The notes under the pieces are model-generated. The model was not told where the DNA came from. It saw only the letters and a program-made list of their open reading frames with translations, and searched no databases. This document shows positions 60,489 through 64,000 of a DNA stretch of 64,000 nt, one piece after another. Every line of letters begins with the position of its first letter. Within the stretch, counting starts at the first letter, position 1. The position numbers were made by a program, and so were the translations under genes. Source of the stretch: Deltaproteobacteria bacterium (lineage in GTDB: Bacteria; Desulfobacterota; Binatia; UBA1149; JAJCZL01); NCBI GenBank assembly GCA_029262415.1, contig JAJCZL010000058.1, forward strand, positions 135,712-199,711. Reading direction: 5' to 3'.

Positions 60489-61769
60489 ATGGCAAAAGCG
60501 AAATCGCATCACGTCAAAGACACCAAACTGGCAAAAGCAGGCAAGAAGCGCGTCGATTGGGCGGCGCGCGACATGCCGGTTCTGAGTGCTATAGCCGAGC
60601 GATTCAGGAAGGAGAAGCCCTTCCGCGGCAGCAAGATGTCGGCCTGCATGCACGTCACCGCCGAAACCGCCAACCTTATGCGCACGCTGAAAGCGGGAGG
60701 TGCCGACGTTGCGTTGTGTGCATCAAATCCCCTCACCACGCAGGACGACGTAGCTGCGAGCCTCGCCGTTGACGACAAGGTCGCCACCTATGCGATCCGC
60801 GGCGAGGACAGCAAGACTTACTACTCGCACCTGCGACTGGTGATCGAGCGTGGGCCACAGCTCACCATGGACGACGGTGCCGATCTCGTCAGCCTCTTGC
60901 ACACCGATCTCGCCAAGTACGCGCCCGCAGTTCGGGCGTCGATGGAAGAAACCACGACCGGCGTCATCCGCCTCAAAGCGCTGGAGAAGGAAGGCAACCT
61001 GACCATCCCCGTGATAGCCGTCAACGACGCCGACACCAAGCACATGTTCGACAATCGTTATGGTACCGGCCAGTCGACGCTCGACGGTATCATCCGCGCA
61101 ACCGACGTTTTGTTGGCCGGTAAGACCGTCGTCGTCGTCGGTTACGGCTGGTGCGGACGCGGCGTCGCCTCACGAGCGGCCGGTATGGGTTCCCACGTGA
61201 TCGTGACCGAGGTTAACCCGATTCGCGGCTTGGAAGCCGCCATGGACGGCTATCGCGTAATGCCGATGGCGAAGGCCGCCAAGGAAGGCGACGTTTTCAT
61301 CACCGTGACCGGCAACCGACACGTGATTGCCGGCCAGCACTTCGCCGTCATGAAGCACGGCGCGACGGTCTGTAACTCGGGCCACTTCGATCTCGAGATC
61401 GACCTGGTCGCGCTCACCAAGCAGGCCAAGCGTATCAACCGCAACGTCCGTAACTGTGTCGATGAGTACATAATGAAGGGCGGCAAATCGATCTACGTCC
61501 TGGCCGAAGGCCGTCTCGTCAACCTATCGGCCGCCGAGGGCCACCCGGCATCGGTAATGGACATGAGCTTCGCAACGCAGGCGCTCGCCGCCGAGTGGGC
61601 GATACGCAAGTCGGCAAAGGGTAGTCTCGAGGTCAAGGTGCACGACGTGCCTGAATCCATCGAAGCAAGCGTCTCAACGCTGAAGCTCGCAAGCATGGGT
61701 TTCAAGATCGACAAGCTTACCCCGGAACAAAAAGAGTACCTGGCGTCCTGGACGATCGGAACCACCTGA
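60489..61769 (+). CDS. ahcY: Adenosylhomocysteinase
   Basis: NAD-binding GYGWCGRG and conserved C-terminus. ATG at 60489 with RBS aaggaag. Confidence 0.95.
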   Translation: MAKAKSHHVKDTKLAKAGKKRVDWAARDMPVLSAIAERFRKEKPFRGSKMSACMHVTAETANLMRTLKAGGADVALCASNPLTTQDDVAASLAVDDKVATYAIRGEDSKTYYSHLRLVIERGPQLTMDDGADLVSLLHTDLAKYAPAVRASMEETTTGVIRLKALEKEGNLTIPVIAVNDADTKHMFDNRYGTGQSTLDGIIRATDVLLAGKTVVVVGYGWCGRGVASRAAGMGSHVIVTEVNPIRGLEAAMDGYRVMPMAKAAKEGDVFITVTGNRHVIAGQHFAVMKHGATVCNSGHFDLEIDLVALTKQAKRINRNVRNCVDEYIMKGGKSIYVLAEGRLVNLSAAEGHPASVMDMSFATQALAAEWAIRKSAKGSLEVKVHDVPESIEASVSTLKLASMGFKIDKLTPEQKEYLASWTIGTT

Positions 61770-61801
61770 AGCGTTTCTCCGTAGGTGATCCGATCGCTAC
61801 C

Positions 61802-63085
61802 TCAGCGCGTCAGGCGCGTCGTGATTCGCTGCGCAAGTTCTGCGAAAGTCGAGTCAAGCTGAGCAGGGTCGGGCGCGAACAACATCACCCCTCGCGGCTG
61901 GCTGCTGTTCTCGTTGCCACCCACATTTGCGATGCGGGTGAGGAAATCGAGGTCCGGCTGGTCCCATTCGTAGCTGGCTTGCGGGTTGCCGAGCCCGACC
62001 ACATAGATCGCGTAACCGGCAGCGCGCACCTCGTTAGCCCAACTCTCGGCCGCCGCCACGCCCGCCCAACGAATGTTGTCGCCGTTCACCGAGTTGCCGT
62101 TGGGCAAAACGACCGGCTGCGGTGATTGCGAGTAGGAGCCGTTGGTCGTGGTGTTCACGTTGCAGCTATAGCGCGCGAAACTCGTTATCTTTCGTCCGTC
62201 CGAGGTCCGGAAAAGTCCCCGGAACGTCGATCCGTTGATGTAGGCCGCGACGGTCGAATTGTAGTAGTAGGGTCTTCTGTCGCCGCAACCATCATTAGAC
62301 CAGTCCATGCGGAAGTTGTCGGAGTACGCGGTTGGGCGTCCGTCAGTAAACAGCACCATCAGTCGAAGCGCATCGGGCCGGGTCGCGGCCGCGTTGAGTT
62401 GGTCACGGCCCACGCGCAGACCTTCGGCTATGTTGGTATCGGAAATCGCGCTGAGACTATTGATAAGGCTCGTCGTCGAGGATTTGAAATTCTTCTGGAG
62501 TGCTTGGCGGTTCTCCGCCCAGGTCGAGTACGTCACTACACCGACCTGATCTACACTGTCGTCGAACTCGCCGACGAAGTGGACCGCAGCGCTCTGCAAG
62601 TCGTCGAAGGCGTTGTTTCTCTGTAGGGAGTATGAGAGATCGAGCACCAGGCTCATGTCCAATGGAACTCGGACTGCTTGTGCTTCGGTCGCTAGTTCAA
62701 AGTTTGCGCGACCTATGAGCTTAGAGAACCACGCTGTCGATGTCGCCACGCCGTTGACCGTAACGCGAGTGGTGTCCTGCGAGGGCCTATCAATCACGAC
62801 ATTATAAGTTGGCGTAGGCACTGCGGTGCCCCAGTTGGCGGCGGCGACTTTGAGGGCCAAGGCTTCCATCTGTTGGTCCCCGACGCCGGTGTTGCGGCTG
62901 GCTGCGAGAACGCTTGCGTCGATAGCCTTGGAGAGCCGACCACGTGTCAAGTAGGCGTTGCCGAGGTCGACCGCCATACCGACGACCAGGAGTACGGTCA
63001 CTACGGACATGACGAACATGAGCATCGCCGAGCCTCGTTGCAGATTGGTTTTGTCGACTCGGACCGTATGTTTGGGTTCATGCAT
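61802..63085 (-). CDS. TadE/TadG-like pseudopilin-type N-terminus + von Willebrand factor A domain protein
   Basis: MLMFVMSVVTVLLVVGMAVDLGNAYLTRGRL. vWA MIDAS DxSxS (DLSYS)...FTDG. Confidence 0.65.
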   Translation of the reverse strand: MHEPKHTVRVDKTNLQRGSAMLMFVMSVVTVLLVVGMAVDLGNAYLTRGRLSKAIDASVLAASRNTGVGDQQMEALALKVAAANWGTAVPTPTYNVVIDRPSQDTTRVTVNGVATSTAWFSKLIGRANFELATEAQAVRVPLDMSLVLDLSYSLQRNNAFDDLQSAAVHFVGEFDDSVDQVGVVTYSTWAENRQALQKNFKSSTTSLINSLSAISDTNIAEGLRVGRDQLNAAATRPDALRLMVLFTDGRPTAYSDNFRMDWSNDGCGDRRPYYYNSTVAAYINGSTFRGLFRTSDGRKITSFARYSCNVNTTTNGSYSQSPQPVVLPNGNSVNGDNIRWAGVAAAESWANEVRAAGYAIYVVGLGNPQASYEWDQPDLDFLTRIANVGGNENSSQPRGVMLFAPDPAQLDSTFAELAQRITTRLTR

Positions 63086-63108
63086 AGGGAATACCTACTG
63101 CCAGGGTG

Positions 63109-63123
63109 AGCAACAGCCGTGCC
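63109..63123 (-). promoter_or_regulatory. Sigma-54 promoter (minus-strand TGGCACGGCTGTTGCT) upstream of the TadG-like gene
   Basis: Read from sequence. Matches TGGCACG-N4-TTGC at 11 of 12 defined positions. Confidence 0.45.
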
Positions 63124-63309
63124 AACCAAGCATCATTCGGTGGCGGCAACATCCGCCCCGCGCTAGAGCCCGCTTCACCGCGGCATCCGTCGCGTATTCC
63201 GTGACACCAAGCCGTTCTCCGCCGGAACGCATGCTCGACCACCAAGAGTCTGTGGGGTGAATTGTTCGTCGGGTGTCACTGCGGCAGCAACTGAGGCATG
63301 GGTAGCCTC

Positions 63310-63696
63310 TCAACCGGCCAACAGCTTCGGATTGGCCACCCGTAGCTTGTCTTCGACATGCGCCTTGAGGTGCGCGAGCAGCGCGCGACGCCAAGGCCCG
63401 GTGTCACCCTTGCCTTCACGGATGAGACCGCAAAGCTCTTCGTTAAGCGCTCTAATCTCGTACTCGCCGGGAGCCGTCGGCGGTTCTCCATCGCGATCGA
63501 GCAACGCCCAAAGCCCGGCCGCATCTCGCACCAGTTGCGAAGGTCCGAGGTCGATCTCGCGTCCGACGATCTTACACACGTTGGCGGCAACCAGAGCGTG
63601 AAAGCGCTTGCGGCCCTCGAGGCCATCGATCACTTCTTCTTTGAGAAACGCGGATACGGCATCTAGAAGTTCGCGCGCGCTCGGCCGGTCTTGCAT
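63310..63696 (-). CDS. DUF6285-like small protein
   Basis: PSARELLDAVSAFLKEEV...RFHALVAANV pattern. ATGA overlap with the upstream phosphotransferase-like ORF. Confidence 0.4.
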   Translation of the reverse strand: MQDRPSARELLDAVSAFLKEEVIDGLEGRKRFHALVAANVCKIVGREIDLGPSQLVRDAAGLWALLDRDGEPPTAPGEYEIRALNEELCGLIREGKGDTGPWRRALLAHLKAHVEDKLRVANPKLLAG

Positions 63697-64000
63697 CAGA
63701 CTTCCTCCATGAGTTGGAGCATCTCGTACTCCATTTCGGCGACGCGACGCCCGATGCTCGCAAGCTCAATGCTGGGGTAGGCGCCACCCTTGTGGGCACG
63801 CTCTTGCCCAATACATGCGATTGCCCACTTCCAATTGCCGAATATCTCCCAATAGCGTAACCGCTCGGGCGGTACCCTGCGCCCGGAGGCTTGCTCGTAC
63901 AGCGCGGCGAACTCCTCCCGTGAGCAAAGACCCCCTGCGTCCTTGCCTTCAACGCCGAATCGCCACGAACGCACACAGAACCAACCTAAGTCTTCGATCG
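63696..64000 (-). CDS. Phosphotransferase (APH/ChoK-like) family protein, C-terminal fragment (5' end outside window)
   Basis: C-terminal LRYWEIFGNWKWAIACIGQ motif. Confidence 0.35.
   Translation of the reverse strand, partial: IEDLGWFCVRSWRFGVEGKDAGGLCSREEFAALYEQASGRRVPPERLRYWEIFGNWKWAIACIGQERAHKGGAYPSIELASIGRRVAEMEYEMLQLMEEV

Overview
High-GC (about 65%) bacterial chromosomal segment from a diderm (LPS-producing) organism, read from sequence alone. Left to right: (1) a classical menaquinone cluster (menG/menF fusion, menD, menH, menB, menC, menE) with a MerR-family regulator and two GST-like paralogs flanking it. (2) Housekeeping genes (M23 peptidase, ruvX, mltG, lexA, hemW) interrupted by a low-GC island of about 0.9 kb carrying a SAM-dependent methyltransferase. 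(3) A membrane-protein/DUF2238/methyltransferase operon, an LLM-class (possibly F420-dependent) oxidoreductase and two uncharacterised proteins. (4) A Wzx/Wzy-type exopolysaccharide locus of about 15 kb (methyltransferase, flippase, polymerase, two GT2, priming sugar transferase, O-antigen-ligase-like, PHP-type Tyr phosphatase, TPR protein, BY-kinase Wzc with Tyr-rich tail, Wza, secreted protein). (5) A sigma-54 regulatory module: an NtrC-family activator sits between two predicted -24/-12 promoters. One drives a LolA-like/UspA/alginate-export-family porin operon. The other, divergent, drives a DHOD-like TIM-barrel gene and a PAS histidine kinase. (6) An internally deleted IS5-family element (613 bp, perfect 13-bp terminal IRs, CTAG target duplication) inserted exactly at the stop codon of a degenerate HK-like gene. 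(7) A conserved supra-operon kdsB-pyrG-kdsA-kdsD-lptC-lptA-lptB-rpoN-hpf-ptsN-rapZ-npr, followed by metK-ahcY, a TadG-like vWA protein with its own sigma-54-type promoter, and a DUF6285/phosphotransferase pair. No rRNA, tRNA or CRISPR was found. Promoters, operator palindromes, DnaA boxes and repeats are read directly from sequence; protein functions are inferred from recognisable family motifs without database searches.
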